Shown one piece after another: positions 45,642 through 56,667 of a stretch of DNA of 64,000 nt. The stretch covers positions 186,001-250,000 of the forward strand of contig JAANOX010000279.1 of assembly GCA_020184695.1 (NCBI GenBank). The letters run 5' to 3'. The DNA comes from Histomonas meleagridis 2922-C6/04-290x. Lineage: Eukaryota > Protista > Parabasalia. The notes under the pieces are model-generated. The model saw only the letters and a list, made by a program, of their open reading frames with translations, was not told the origin of the DNA and made no database searches. How positions within the stretch are numbered: the stretch's first letter is position 1; each line of letters opens with the position of its first letter. A program made the translations under genes and the position numbers.

Positions 45642-47486
45642 TTACCCTTTTTCGTGAAGCAAGTTAACTATTTCTGCAAATCAATCTAAATGTGCCAACT
45701 TCTCTGCCAAAGAAAGTGCTGTATTAAATATTTTACATAATTTCCAAATATTATTTTGAAATATCAAATTATTTAAATAAATTTTAAATAAAACAAATAA
45801 ATATCTTTAGCATTAATATCAATTCCTTCTTGTTCAAGAAGTAATTTAACTATTTCTGTATGACCATTCCAAGATGCAAACATAAATGCTGTATTAAATA
45901 ATTTAAATAATTTCCAAATATTTTTTTGAAATAAGAAATTATTAAAATAAATATTAAATAAAACAAATAAATATCTTTAGCATTAATATCAATTCCTTCT
46001 TGTTCAAGAAGTAATTTAACTATTTCTGTATGACCATTCCAAGATGCAAACATAAGTGCTGTATTAAATAATTTAAAAAATTTCCAAATATTATTTTGAA
46101 ATAAGAAATTATTAAAATAAATATTAAATAAAACAAATAAATATCTTTAGCATTAATATCAATTCCTTCTTGTTCAAGAAGTAATTTAACTATTTCTGTA
46201 TGACCATTCCAAGATGCAAACATAAGTGCTGTATTAAATAATTTAAAAAATTTCCAAATATTATTTTGAAATAAGAAATTATTAAAATAAATATTAAATA
46301 AAACAAATAAATATCTTTAGCATTAATATCAATTCCTTCTTGTTCAAGAAGTAATTTAACGATTTCTGTATTACCTTTATCAGATGCATAAATAAGTGCT
46401 GTTTCAAATAATTTAAATAATTTCCAAAGATTATTTTGAAATCCCAAATTATTAACATAAATACAAAATAAAACAAATAAATATCTTTAGCATTAATATC
46501 AATTCCTTCTTGTTCAAGAAGTAATTTAACTGTTTCTATATGATCATTTAAAGATGCATAAATAAGTGCTGTATTAAATAATTTAAAAAATTTCCAAATA
46601 TTATTTTGAAATAGTAAATTATTAAAACAAATAATAAATAAAACAAATAAATATCTTTAGCATTAATATCAACTCCTTGTTCCAAAACATATTTAACAAG
46701 TTCAGAATTTCCTAAATCTATAGCAAATGTTAATATATTACTTGGAATTAAATTATTTTGAAGAAAATGTTTAACAAGATATAAATTGCCAATTTTTGCT
46801 GCTTCATTGATTGTAGATTCATTAATTTTCATTCGTTTTTCAAGTAAATATAAAAAAATTTCATAATTTCCGCTTTTGATACATATATTTCCCAAATCAT
46901 TAATATCCTTTTGTTTCATGTTTTCATTTAAATTTTCTAATTTATTTTCATAAAGATATTTAAAGATATCATTTTGATGAAATTCAATTGCTGTTTCATA
47001 TGCATCTTCAAATGAAGAATGATTTTGTTCACATAAATGAATGATTTCTTCATTTCCACCTGCAACTGCATATTTACCTGTTTTATCTAATTTTGCACCA
47101 TTCACAAGTAAAAGTTTAAAACATTTAATAGATCCAAAAAATGCTGCATAATCAATTAATGAAACTTTTTTCTTGTTAATAAAAGAACATCTTTCATAAA
47201 GTGATGGCTCAATATATTGATCGAAATCAAAATTTGTTTGTGATGATATTTCTCGAAATTTATCTATTTCGTCATTTAGAATTATTCTTGCAATTTCACT
47301 TGGATTATGTCCTTCTTTAATATATTTTTTATGAAGTTCCCAATTATTCATTGATAATTCTTTATAATTTTCTATAAAGATTTTATCAATTTTGTTCCCA
47401 TTGAAATGAATTATTGTTTTAATTTCATTTTCTGTTTTATAATGAAAAAAACGGTGAGTTAATATTTTTGATAATGCTTTTATCAA
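45642..47486 (-). CDS. DUF3447-type ankyrin protein whose C-terminal repeats are each interrupted by a 71-nt insert
   Basis: Insert-free N-terminal exon (IILNDEIDKF, SLIDYAAFFGSIKCFKLL, AVAGGNEEIIHL), five full ankyrin segments and a terminal segment. TGA at 45683-45681, TAA at 45644-45642. The start is uncertain: the ATG at 47505 is 1 nt out of frame, across a T7 run. Confidence 0.72.
45729..46680 (-). repeat. 170-bp tandem repeat (99-nt ankyrin segment + 71-nt insert), six near-identical junctions
   Basis: atatctttagcattaatatc occurs at 45801, 45971, 46141, 46311, 46481 and 46651 (exact 170-nt period). Inserts at 46579-46649, 46409-46479, 46239-46309, 46069-46139, 45899-45969 and 45729-45799. 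Confidence 0.93.
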
Positions 47487-48242
47487 TTAAATTTCGTTCA
47501 ATCATTTTCGTTTTTGATTTAAACTTACAATGCAGCTCATTAAATCATTTGGTCTCTCTCATTAGTGATTTAGTACACCTAATTTATTAATATAGAAATT
47601 TAATCATTTTATCTATCACATTTAGGCTTTCAATATACACATATTGTTTCATATCTTATTTAATCCTTACTATCTCATTTTATCTCTCTCTTATAAACAT
47701 TTGTGATTCACTTAATCATTTTTTGCATTTTTGTCTATTTTGTTTAATTTTTTAGTATGTATTTTAAAATAGTTTTTGCGTTTTTAAATCTTTAGTTATA
47801 TCTTTGAATTTGTGGTTATATAACAACTGTTATTACAGCAAAATGACATCTAAATTATTTTTTTGATACTAAAATTGACAAGTTTTGTCTGTAGCAAAAA
47901 ACGATCCAGGAATATTTGTGTATTTTGAAGAAAAAAATGATGACAGTTTTTGATTTTTGTATAGTTTATTTAATATAAAAACATCAGCTTTTTAGTGCAA
48001 ATTGCAGGAAATATAAAATGATATCATACCTCTATGCAAACAAATCTATTGTTTGAAAATTTGCTTTCTAATGCAAAAAACAAAAAGTTAATAATTTCCC
48101 CTTGGATCATTTTCAGAATTTATATATGAATAAATAAATGCATGAGCTTTACAAAAAAAGCATCAATAAAAACTATAAAGAATATGTATTGTTGTTATAT
48201 TTGATTTTCATCTAAATGAAATTGCAACCGTTTGTAACCCGT

Positions 48243-49481
48243 TTATTTAATGCTTTGAAAAATTGACGGCTTTTTCAGAAGTTTACGATTTATTGCATCA
48301 TACAAAAACGTAAGCGCACAAGATCCGATGAAAGTTATATATACAGAAATAAATGCAACCAATTTTGATGAATGATTTGCATCAATTAAGATATTAATTA
48401 TTCCTGTGATGATATTTGCAAAAGCGAAAAACGCTAAAGAGTTTTGATCAATTAACATATAAAATGGACTTAATTCGTAATAATTAATTTGATAATTGTT
48501 TCCGACTAATAATGAAGAATAAATTATAAACAAAATAAACAAAATGAATGATGTATCAACAGATGCTCTTGACGGGAAAATTATTTCACAAGAAGACAAA
48601 ATTACAGGCATCAAATAAATTGTAAATAATATAACTTGAGATATTAAATTATATTTTTCTTTCATTTTAAAGCCCATAAAAAAAGATATGAAATAAAGTG
48701 AAACATAACCTAAAAATGGATATTTAAAATTCGATATTTCATGAACTAAAAGTGTTACAATACTTAAAACAGATGTAGGAATCTTAAGTAATGCAGCAAA
48801 TGATGCTATTAATTGAATTGACCCTATATAACCAAAAAAGTTACAGTATTTCCCATACTCTGATTCAGGAGAATAATAATCAACAGATTTTGTAAGAATT
48901 ACTCGAGTGAAATATAAGAGAACGTTTATTGTTCCACTTTTTAGGCACTTTGAAAAAGTTTGTGATGCAAAACCATTCAAAACAACAAAAACTGCAGCGC
49001 CAACATCCATAAGACTAATTGTAACATGCTTGGGATTATAGTTGTCTTCGAATTTAAGAAGATCACCTACAATAAGAGTACCATTCCAATTATAGATGTG
49101 ATTTGAAACTTTTGCAATATTTGTTGGAAACCAAGGAAAATCAACAAATATTATACATACCAAAGTTAAAAATAAGAGCGTAAGTTTTGTTAATGTTAAT
49201 GGATAACTTCTTTGATTTGGAACAAATGGTTTTTTCTTTCTTAAAAATATTGGAATATAAAATAATAATATAAATAAAGAATTTTTGTATATTATTAAGA
49301 ACATTAAAAGGCCCAATAATATGATTTCGAAAAGAATTCTGAAATATATATTTTTAAAATTACTTGAAATAATACTTACCGACATTAACACTAAATGAGC
49401 AGAGTAGCAAAGGCATAATATTTCGAATGGCTCTTCCCCTGTTCTTCCTGTGTAAAATTGTATTTTTTTGAAATCAAACAT
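48243..49481 (-). CDS. PIGW: GWT1/PIG-W-like inositol acyltransferase
   Basis: Polytopic membrane protein with VDFPWFPTNIAK, ISLMDVGAAVFVVLNG and YYSPESEYGKYCNFF, matching the conserved GWT1 blocks FPRRFAK, SLMDxGVG and EYGVHWNFF. Confidence 0.75.
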   Translation of the reverse strand: MFDFKKIQFYTGRTGEEPFEILCLCYSAHLVLMSVSIISSNFKNIYFRILFEIILLGLLMFLIIYKNSLFILLFYIPIFLRKKKPFVPNQRSYPLTLTKLTLLFLTLVCIIFVDFPWFPTNIAKVSNHIYNWNGTLIVGDLLKFEDNYNPKHVTISLMDVGAAVFVVLNGFASQTFSKCLKSGTINVLLYFTRVILTKSVDYYSPESEYGKYCNFFGYIGSIQLIASFAALLKIPTSVLSIVTLLVHEISNFKYPFLGYVSLYFISFFMGFKMKEKYNLISQVILFTIYLMPVILSSCEIIFPSRASVDTSFILFILFIIYSSLLVGNNYQINYYELSPFYMLIDQNSLAFFAFANIITGIINILIDANHSSKLVAFISVYITFIGSCALTFLYDAINRKLLKKPSIFQSIK

Positions 49482-49534
49482 TGAGTAAACCGCCTAAAAT
49501 TGACAAGGTCTGTTTGTCTTTCAATTGGGACAAA

Positions 49535-49996
49535 ATGAGTTCAAGAGACACATTTACTGAAATTGAAAAAAAATTTTGCATGAAAGTTACAGATAAGCTA
49601 ATAAAGTGCCCACTCTCAAAGCCATTTTTAGTGCCTGTTGATGAAAATGAAGTCCCAACATATCGTTCAATTATTTCAGATCCAATGGATCTTGGTACAT
49701 TAAAGAAGAAGCTTGCTGATAATAAATATAAAAACTCGGCTGAGTGGGTAAATGATTTGATGAAAATTTGGTCAAATGCTGAAAAATTTAATTATGATGG
49801 AACTCCCATAAATGAAATAGCAAAAAGGTTAAGAAAGAAATCACAAAAAAAGTTGATGATTATTCCTAAAACAGAAATGGATCTTTGGTATCTTCAATTA
49901 AAAAAAGCTTCCAACAAAGTCACCCAATTCCTTAAACATAATCCACCAAATGTAGCTGTTTCTCAAAAGCAACACAAGTCATCCAAACATATGTAA
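49535..49996 (+). CDS. Bromodomain protein
   Basis: PFLVPVD, YRSIISDPMDLGTL, IWSNAEKFN. First ATG at 49535. Confidence 0.88.
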   Translation: MSSRDTFTEIEKKFCMKVTDKLIKCPLSKPFLVPVDENEVPTYRSIISDPMDLGTLKKKLADNKYKNSAEWVNDLMKIWSNAEKFNYDGTPINEIAKRLRKKSQKKLMIIPKTEMDLWYLQLKKASNKVTQFLKHNPPNVAVSQKQHKSSKHM

Positions 49997-50766
49997 TATA
50001 GAATATTTTGTAAATAAAACTTTTTAATTTTAGTTATCTTTAAGTTTCTTTTTCTAATGAACAAAATCAGTTTTTGTTCATTATGTTATGTATTGATTTG
50101 TTTCGCCATTATGAATTTAACACGTTTTTTGTATTATGAAAGAATATTTAAAAAATAATTTCGACAAACAAATTTTTGTTTTCACACACAAAATACCATT
50201 TACTTACTTTGCATGTTTTTAGCTTAGTTCTTGAAAACATAGAAATAAGATTTCTGATTAATATTAAAATTTGTTGTAATTGAATTTAATTATATACCGT
50301 GCAGTTCGCATGTAAGGAAATCTACATGTTCACCTGGTGCTATCATAATTTAAACAAAACACTTGATCAATAGCTTTTCTCAGTTTCGGGTACATTTTCT
50401 ATAATTTCGTTTTTTGCTTAATCCTACTTCCAACGATGTATCACTGGAACATGATGGACGAGAATTGATATTTCAAATTTCTCAAGCGTATTATCAGTGA
50501 TTGAGTATTTTGGTGGTGCGAATGTAAACGTTGATTTTGGTTTTGTTGTTTTCGTTGTACATTATTAACTTTTTCTTTTCTTTGGTTTTGTTTTCGCGAA
50601 TTTATTTTTTTCAAACATGTACAATAAATTCGACACTTTTAACGATAGAAAGCAATTTTTACAATTCGATGATTTACAAATATTCTTTGGGGTGCACCAG
50701 CCATTTTCATTTGTCCACCATAAATCGGTTTTTCAGAAATTTTGATTAAAACGGTATTTCACATTA

Positions 50767-52026
50767 ATGGCGAACATCAACACCCCAGTTATCATTGATG
50801 TAGGTACTGGTTACACCAAATTGGGCTACTCCACGAACAATCGCCCCGATTACATCATTCCAACATTAATTGGAAACAGAGATCTTAAGAATGTTTCCCA
50901 AGCTCAAATGACCGGAACAGAGGATCTTGATTTTTATATTGGTTATGAAGCAATACAAAATCAAACCCTTTATCCAAACCACAACATCATGAAACACGGT
51001 CAAATCGAAGATTGGGATAAAATCGAACAAATGTGGGAACAATGTCTCTTCAAATACCTCCGCTGTGAGCCAGAAGATCACCCAGTTCTTTTGACCGAGC
51101 CACCATTAAACTCCCCAGATAACCGTGAATTCACAGCCGAAATTATGTTCGAAACATTCAACGTACCATACCTTTACATCGGTATGCAAGCTATGCTTGC
51201 AATTGCGGCTTCATGGTCCAAAGAAGGTCAAAAATCATTAACTGGTTGTGTTGTTGATTCTGGTGATGGTGTTACTCATGTTATCCCAGTCGTCGAAGGT
51301 TACCCAATCTCCAACGCCATTCAACACGTACCTGTCGCAGGTCGTGAAATGACTCTTTTCATCGCCGATCTATTGAAAGATCGTGAACCACAAGTCCCAC
51401 CAGAAGATCGTTTCACAGCAGCTCGTGAGATCAAGGAGCGTTTCTGCAAGGTCGCCAAGCATCCAAGTCCGACATTTGCCATGTTCGATAAGAATAGATC
51501 CAAATACATCACAAAGTATCAAGGTGTTTCTTCAAAGACAGGCAAGCCATTCGAATGTGAAGTAGGTTACGAACGATTCCTTGCACCAGAAGTTTGGTTC
51601 TCTCCAGAACTTGTCAGTAATGAATACACAACACCAATTTCCGTTCTCATTGATCGCGCAATCCAATTGTCACCAATCACCAACCGTATGCAATTGTACA
51701 ATAACATTGTTCTTTCCGGTGGTTCAACTACATTCAAAGGATTGGCCGGTCGACTTCAAGCCGATGTTCAAGTTCTTGTCGATGAAAGACTTAGAGAGAA
51801 TGCAGAGCGTGAATCTAAAAGAATTAATCGTAAGATTGAGGCCGGTAAGGTTCCAGTTAGGATTGTTGAACATCGCCGTCAACAATACGCTGTTTGGTAT
51901 GGTGGTGCTATGCTTGCACAAACAGGCGAAGCATTCTTGAGGAAATGTCATACTAAACAACAATACGATGAGGTTGGTCCATCAATTGCACGCGCAAGTG
52001 CAATGTTTGGCGACAGTGCTGTCTAA
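50767..52026 (+). CDS. ARP3: Actin-related protein 3
   Basis: DVGTGYTKLG, DLDFYIGYEA, YLRCEPEDH, LTEPPLNSPDNRE, NNIVLSGGST. Confidence 0.95.
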   Translation: MANINTPVIIDVGTGYTKLGYSTNNRPDYIIPTLIGNRDLKNVSQAQMTGTEDLDFYIGYEAIQNQTLYPNHNIMKHGQIEDWDKIEQMWEQCLFKYLRCEPEDHPVLLTEPPLNSPDNREFTAEIMFETFNVPYLYIGMQAMLAIAASWSKEGQKSLTGCVVDSGDGVTHVIPVVEGYPISNAIQHVPVAGREMTLFIADLLKDREPQVPPEDRFTAAREIKERFCKVAKHPSPTFAMFDKNRSKYITKYQGVSSKTGKPFECEVGYERFLAPEVWFSPELVSNEYTTPISVLIDRAIQLSPITNRMQLYNNIVLSGGSTTFKGLAGRLQADVQVLVDERLRENAERESKRINRKIEAGKVPVRIVEHRRQQYAVWYGGAMLAQTGEAFLRKCHTKQQYDEVGPSIARASAMFGDSAV

Positions 52027-52399
52027 AAGCCAATTAATAAATCAAGTTTTATTCCTCTATTTGATATGGAGAATCATCGTAAACAATTCAATTTTGAAAT
52101 GTTTATACAGCACTTTTTGCTTTGGAAAAAGTGGTTTTGGGTTCACTTTGATCGTATTTGTGAATGAAGACGTTTATTTGGCACTTTTTGATTGTTTTCA
52201 TCAAATTGCAGTTTTATTTAGCAGTTATTACAAAAAGTGACGTCTTCTATGTTCAAGTAAATTATTTTTGTTAAAAATGTTTTTGGTCGATTTTTATTAC
52301 TTTTTTTTGTAAGCAGATAAAAAACAACGAAAATAAATTCATTCAAGTGCGTCCCTTTATTGGGTTATTTTTCGCATCCGAGTGTCATCCCCTGTGAAA

Positions 52400-53000
52400 A
52401 TAATTTCCAAATATTATTTTGAAATATCAAATTATTATATTAATATGAAATAATACAAATGAATCTATTTAGCATTAATATCAAGTCCTTGTTTATTCAA
52501 GAGTAATTTAACAATTCTATGAACTTTTTCATATGCATAAAACGAGCGCTGTTCAAAAATAATTTCCAAACATTATTTTGAAATCCAAAATTGAAATAAG
52601 TTTTAAATGAAACAAATAAATATTTTCAGCATTTACATCAATTCATTCTTTTTCAAGGAGTAATTTAACTATTTCAATATTTCCTGATTAAAAGTAATCA
52701 TTTTCAGTTTCGTTTTGGTTAAATTTTTAGAATGAAGTTCGATATGTTTGGATGTTCCTTCTATGGATGTTGATATTACATTCATTTGCAAATGAGTCAT
52801 AAATCCAATTGGTGGCAGACAGTTTTTCTAATATATTTGAAATATAATGTGATTATTAAGTGTTGTTGCTATGATAGCACCAGTTCTTTTAAAGAAGATG
52901 ATAATTAATCCACATTTCAATCTGTTAACAAGAAATTACTAATTTCCTGTGAACAAATAATTTTTAAATTAGCGAAAGAAAATCTTGTATCATCAATTCA
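52400..53000 (-). pseudogene. Decayed DUF3447-ankyrin gene with insert-containing units
   Basis: Remnants of LLLEKE*IDVNAE and LDINAK, with insert cores (ttccaaatattattttgaaat at about 52405 and 52563); many stops. Confidence 0.6.
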
Positions 53001-53389
53001 ACGAATAATAAATTTATTATATATAAAATTCCAATTTCATTTGATTGTATAATTGTAATTAATTTGGTATATCAAACATTTCATTCACAAAATGAAACTA
53101 ATTATTATATCATCTTTTTTAAAAATCTAAAGATAATGCAAGTAAAGTAGAAGAAACCAACAAAAATAATTTTAATATCGTTTAACATATTAATGCACAA
53201 ATAGGAATGTATCTTCCTAATATGGTGAATTATGAATATTATTGTTATTTCATTCGTTAACTTTTTTTTTCAAAAGCCAAAATATATTCTTTCTAATCAA
53301 TGATGTGCATTTTAATGTTTATATAAAAATAAAATTTAAACTAAAATTATATTTATTAAAAATCTATTTTCTATAACAAGAAAAAATTA

Positions 53390-53638
53390 CACATTTACAA
53401 TAAATTGTTCTTTTTTAAAATCGGCTGCATGAGGATCTTCTTCAACATTAGCTTCGATCCGGATTCGGCCGAAAAGTTATTATTTGTTTCTTTATCATTT
53501 TGATAATCATTTTCATATTCGATGCTGTTTTCTTTTACGTAAAATAAAAACCACGATAACCAAAACAATTATTAAGACAACAACAGCAGCACAACCACCA
53601 ATAATTAATCCATTATCAATACGATTATTTGAATTCAT
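53390..53638 (-). pseudogene. Orphan TM + cytosolic tail fragment of a surface-protein gene
   Basis: GLIIGGCAAVVVLIIVLVIVVFILRKRK then, in another frame, EEDPHAADFKKE, similar to the EDPFATDFEE tail of the neighbouring BspA. Confidence 0.6.
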
Positions 53639-53834
53639 AGTGTTTTATTTTAATATTGTATATAAATTATAATAAAATGGTAAAAATGAAGAATATTCAA
53701 CTGTTATATATATATATATATATATGATAGCATATCAGATTCATATAATAAATGATGATATGTTATCTTATTCAAACTTGATTCTCAGGCAATAAATTTA
53801 TATATAAATTCTTTTACAAATGAAAGGTATTAAG

Positions 53835-56667
53835 TTATATATTAATTTTATTATTTTCTTCGAAATCTGTTGCAAATGGATCTTCTTTAACGTTATCCAT
53901 TTTCATTACTGTTTCCAATGTATCAATGTTTTCAAATTCATTTTGTTCTTCACTTTTTGATGTATTTTCTTCTTTAATTTTTTTGTTTTTGATTTTAATT
54001 ATTAGAATTATAAGTAAAATGATTATGATTATAGCAGCAATTGTAGTACAAATAGATATGATAAGTGTTTGATTATTTTTTGATGATGCTATGTCTGTTG
54101 GATATAAAATCGTAAAGAAATTAGAATAAAAACTGAGATAATATGAATATATAACTATTGTATATTTATAGTAGAATAATAATGTCGGAATGTAAATGAT
54201 ATCTGTCGATGCATGTGAAACTGAAAATGAATTTGAAATAGAAGTGTAAATTGATAGAGTTTTCGTGAATATTAACGTAACTGTTAGTGATAACATGTAT
54301 GAAGTACTTATATTACTAAGAATTGTGAAAGTAATATTTGGATCATACAATTCAAACGTATTCGTAAATGTGTTTGAGAATGATTTCGATGATGTAAATG
54401 AGTTCGTAGGCCATGGAAAACATCCGGCAATTGTTATGTCACGTGAAATATTTAATGCACCAAAATTATTTGATTCAGATTCATATTCTGTTGTCGTCAT
54501 TACAATTGTAGTGTTAATTGATTCAAATGAATTCGATTGAATATTAGGTTCTGTTTCACCATAATAATAAATACATTTAAGTTTAGTACAATTTGCAAAT
54601 GCTCCCGATTCAATTTCTTGTAAATTGTCATAAATGAATATCGTATATAAATTAGAACAATAATAAAATGAATTCATACAAATCTTTTTAATACATTTAG
54701 GAATTTCAAATATATTATCTGTTCTTCCAATTGGATATGATATGATTTCTGTAATGTTTTTATTATAAAGAATTCCATCTTTTTCATAATTAGAATAATT
54801 TGCATTATTTTGTGAGACATTAATAAATTGAAGTTGATTACATAAATAAAATAAATTTGAACCAATGATTTCAACTGAACTTGGAATTGTAATATTAATT
54901 AATGAAATACAATTTCGAAATGTTGATGATCCAATTTCTTTAATTCTTTCGCTGAGATTTACGATACTCAAATTAGTGCATGAATAAAATGCATGTGAAC
55001 TAAGATTTTTAACTGTACTTGGAATTGTAATATTAATTAATGAAATACAATTTCGAAATGTTGATGATCCAATTTCTTTAATTCCTTCGCTGAGATTTAC
55101 GATACTCAAATTAGTGCATGAATAAAATGCATGTGAACTAAGATTTTTAACTGTACTTGGAATAGTAATATTAATTAATGAAATACAATCTTGAAATGAT
55201 GATGATCCAATTTCTTTAATTCCTTCGCTGAGATTTACGATACTTAAGTTTGTACACGAATAAAATGCATGTGAACCAATGATTTCAACTGAACTTGGAA
55301 TAGTAATATTAATTAATGAAATACAATTTCGAAATGCTGATGATCCAATTTCTATAATTCCTTCTTTGAGATTTACGATACTCAAATTAGTGCATGAATG
55401 AAATAAATTTGGACCAATGATTTCAACTGTACTTGGGATCGTTATATTAAATAATGAAATACAATCTTGAAATGCTGATGATCCAATTTCTTTAATTCCT
55501 TCTTTGAGATTTACGATACTTAAGTTTGTACACGAATAAAATAAATTTGAACTAAGATTTTTAACTGTACTTGGAATAGTAATATTAATTAATGAAATAC
55601 AATCTTGAAATGATGATGATCCAATTTCTTTAATTCCTTCGCTGAGATTTACGATACTTAAGTTTGTACACGAATAAAATGCATGTGAACCAATGATTTC
55701 AACTGAACTTGGAATAGTAATATTAATTAATGAAATACATGAATAAAATACATTCGATTCAATACTTGTAATAGTATTTGGTATATTAATATTTTGAATA
55801 ACATGTTGAAAATGCTAACATTTCAATTGATTTAACACCTTCTTCAATGTTAACTGTATATAAATTTATACATGATTCAAACGATGATGATCCAATAATT
55901 TCAACTGTACCTGGAATAGTAATATTTCGTATTGAAGAACATGATGAAAACGATGATTTTTGAATAATTATTACACTTTCTGGAATTATTATCATATCTG
56001 TACTTTTCCCAAAAGGAAAATAAAGAAGTTCTGTAATATTTTTATTATAAAGAATTCCATCATTAGCATAATTAGAATAATATGAATAATTATTTAATAC
56101 TTCGATCATTGAAAGATTAATACATCCTGAAAATGATGAAATAGAAATCGTTTTAATTGAATTTGGTATTGTAATATTCGTTAATGAAATACATTTCTGA
56201 AATGCATTTTTTTCAATTTCTTCAATCCCTTCGTTAAAATTTATTTGAAATAATTTAGAACATTATTCAAATGAATAGGGTCCAATTGATTTAACTCCAC
56301 TTGGAATATCAATATTTTCTAATGAAATACATTCACGAAATGATGATGCAGATATTGTTATTACTGATAAAGGAATTTTAATATTTTTTAATAATGAACA
56401 TGAATAAAATGCTTCTTCTGGAATATTAGAAATCCCTTCTTCAATTATAATATTTATAGCACGTTTTTTAAGATCGGTATATATAAAATCATTATCATTT
56501 TGAATCGTCAATGTTTTTGAATCTTCATCAAAATAATATTGAAAAGTATATGTAAAAAACATGAAAAATATAAATAATAATGAATGAAGATTTTTATTTT
56601 TAATTGAAGACAATTTTTTTTTGTTATTGCTTAATAAGAACATTATAAGATTAATTAAAGCAATCAT
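53835..56667 (-). pseudogene. BspA-like LRR surface protein with one in-frame TAA (about 56264) and one frameshift (about 55790)
   Basis: TpLRR repeats, S/T stalk, TM helix and EDPFATDFEE tail. The frame is open from about 55785 to 53835; the upstream ORFs are collinear. Confidence 0.8.
54880..55745 (-). repeat. 138-bp coding tandem repeat (two 23-aa TpLRR units per period)
   Basis: Near-identical blocks encoding CISLINITIPSxVxxxxSxAFYSCTNLSIVNLSEGIKEIGSSxF. Confidence 0.88.

Noticed and set aside
45899-45915. -1 programmed frameshift at the slippery-like T TTA AAT near the insert end
   Set aside because: It is feasible only in the DUF3447 gene. In the other gene some inserts are closed in all three frames (4517-4587), and insert phases differ (71, 51, 34), so frameshifting cannot be the general mechanism.
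45890-45970. Canonical GT-AG splicing of the ankyrin inserts (GTTTT near the 5' end, ACAG in the T-A codons)
   Set aside because: It would remove 76 nt, leaving 94 nt per unit (frame-breaking). The GT and AG are absent from many inserts in the 5522-2520 gene, and there is no ACTAAC branch motif.
45896-45970. TTATTT direct repeat as the target-site duplication of an inserted mobile element
   Set aside because: The two copies are 69 nt apart, so excision leaves 101 nt per unit (out of frame). The repeat is not conserved in diverged inserts, and there are no terminal inverted repeats.
45890-45975. AT-AC (U12-type) intron interpretation
   Set aside because: The AT..AC pairs I tried (84, 82 and 78 nt) all break the frame; there is no ATATCC consensus, and AC is not conserved.
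45729-46680. CRISPR-like array
   Set aside because: The context is eukaryotic, both parts of the 170-bp unit are repeated, there are no unique spacers or cas genes, and the unit encodes ankyrin.
53705-53725. (TA)n microsatellite
   Set aside because: Short and unremarkable in an AT-rich genome.
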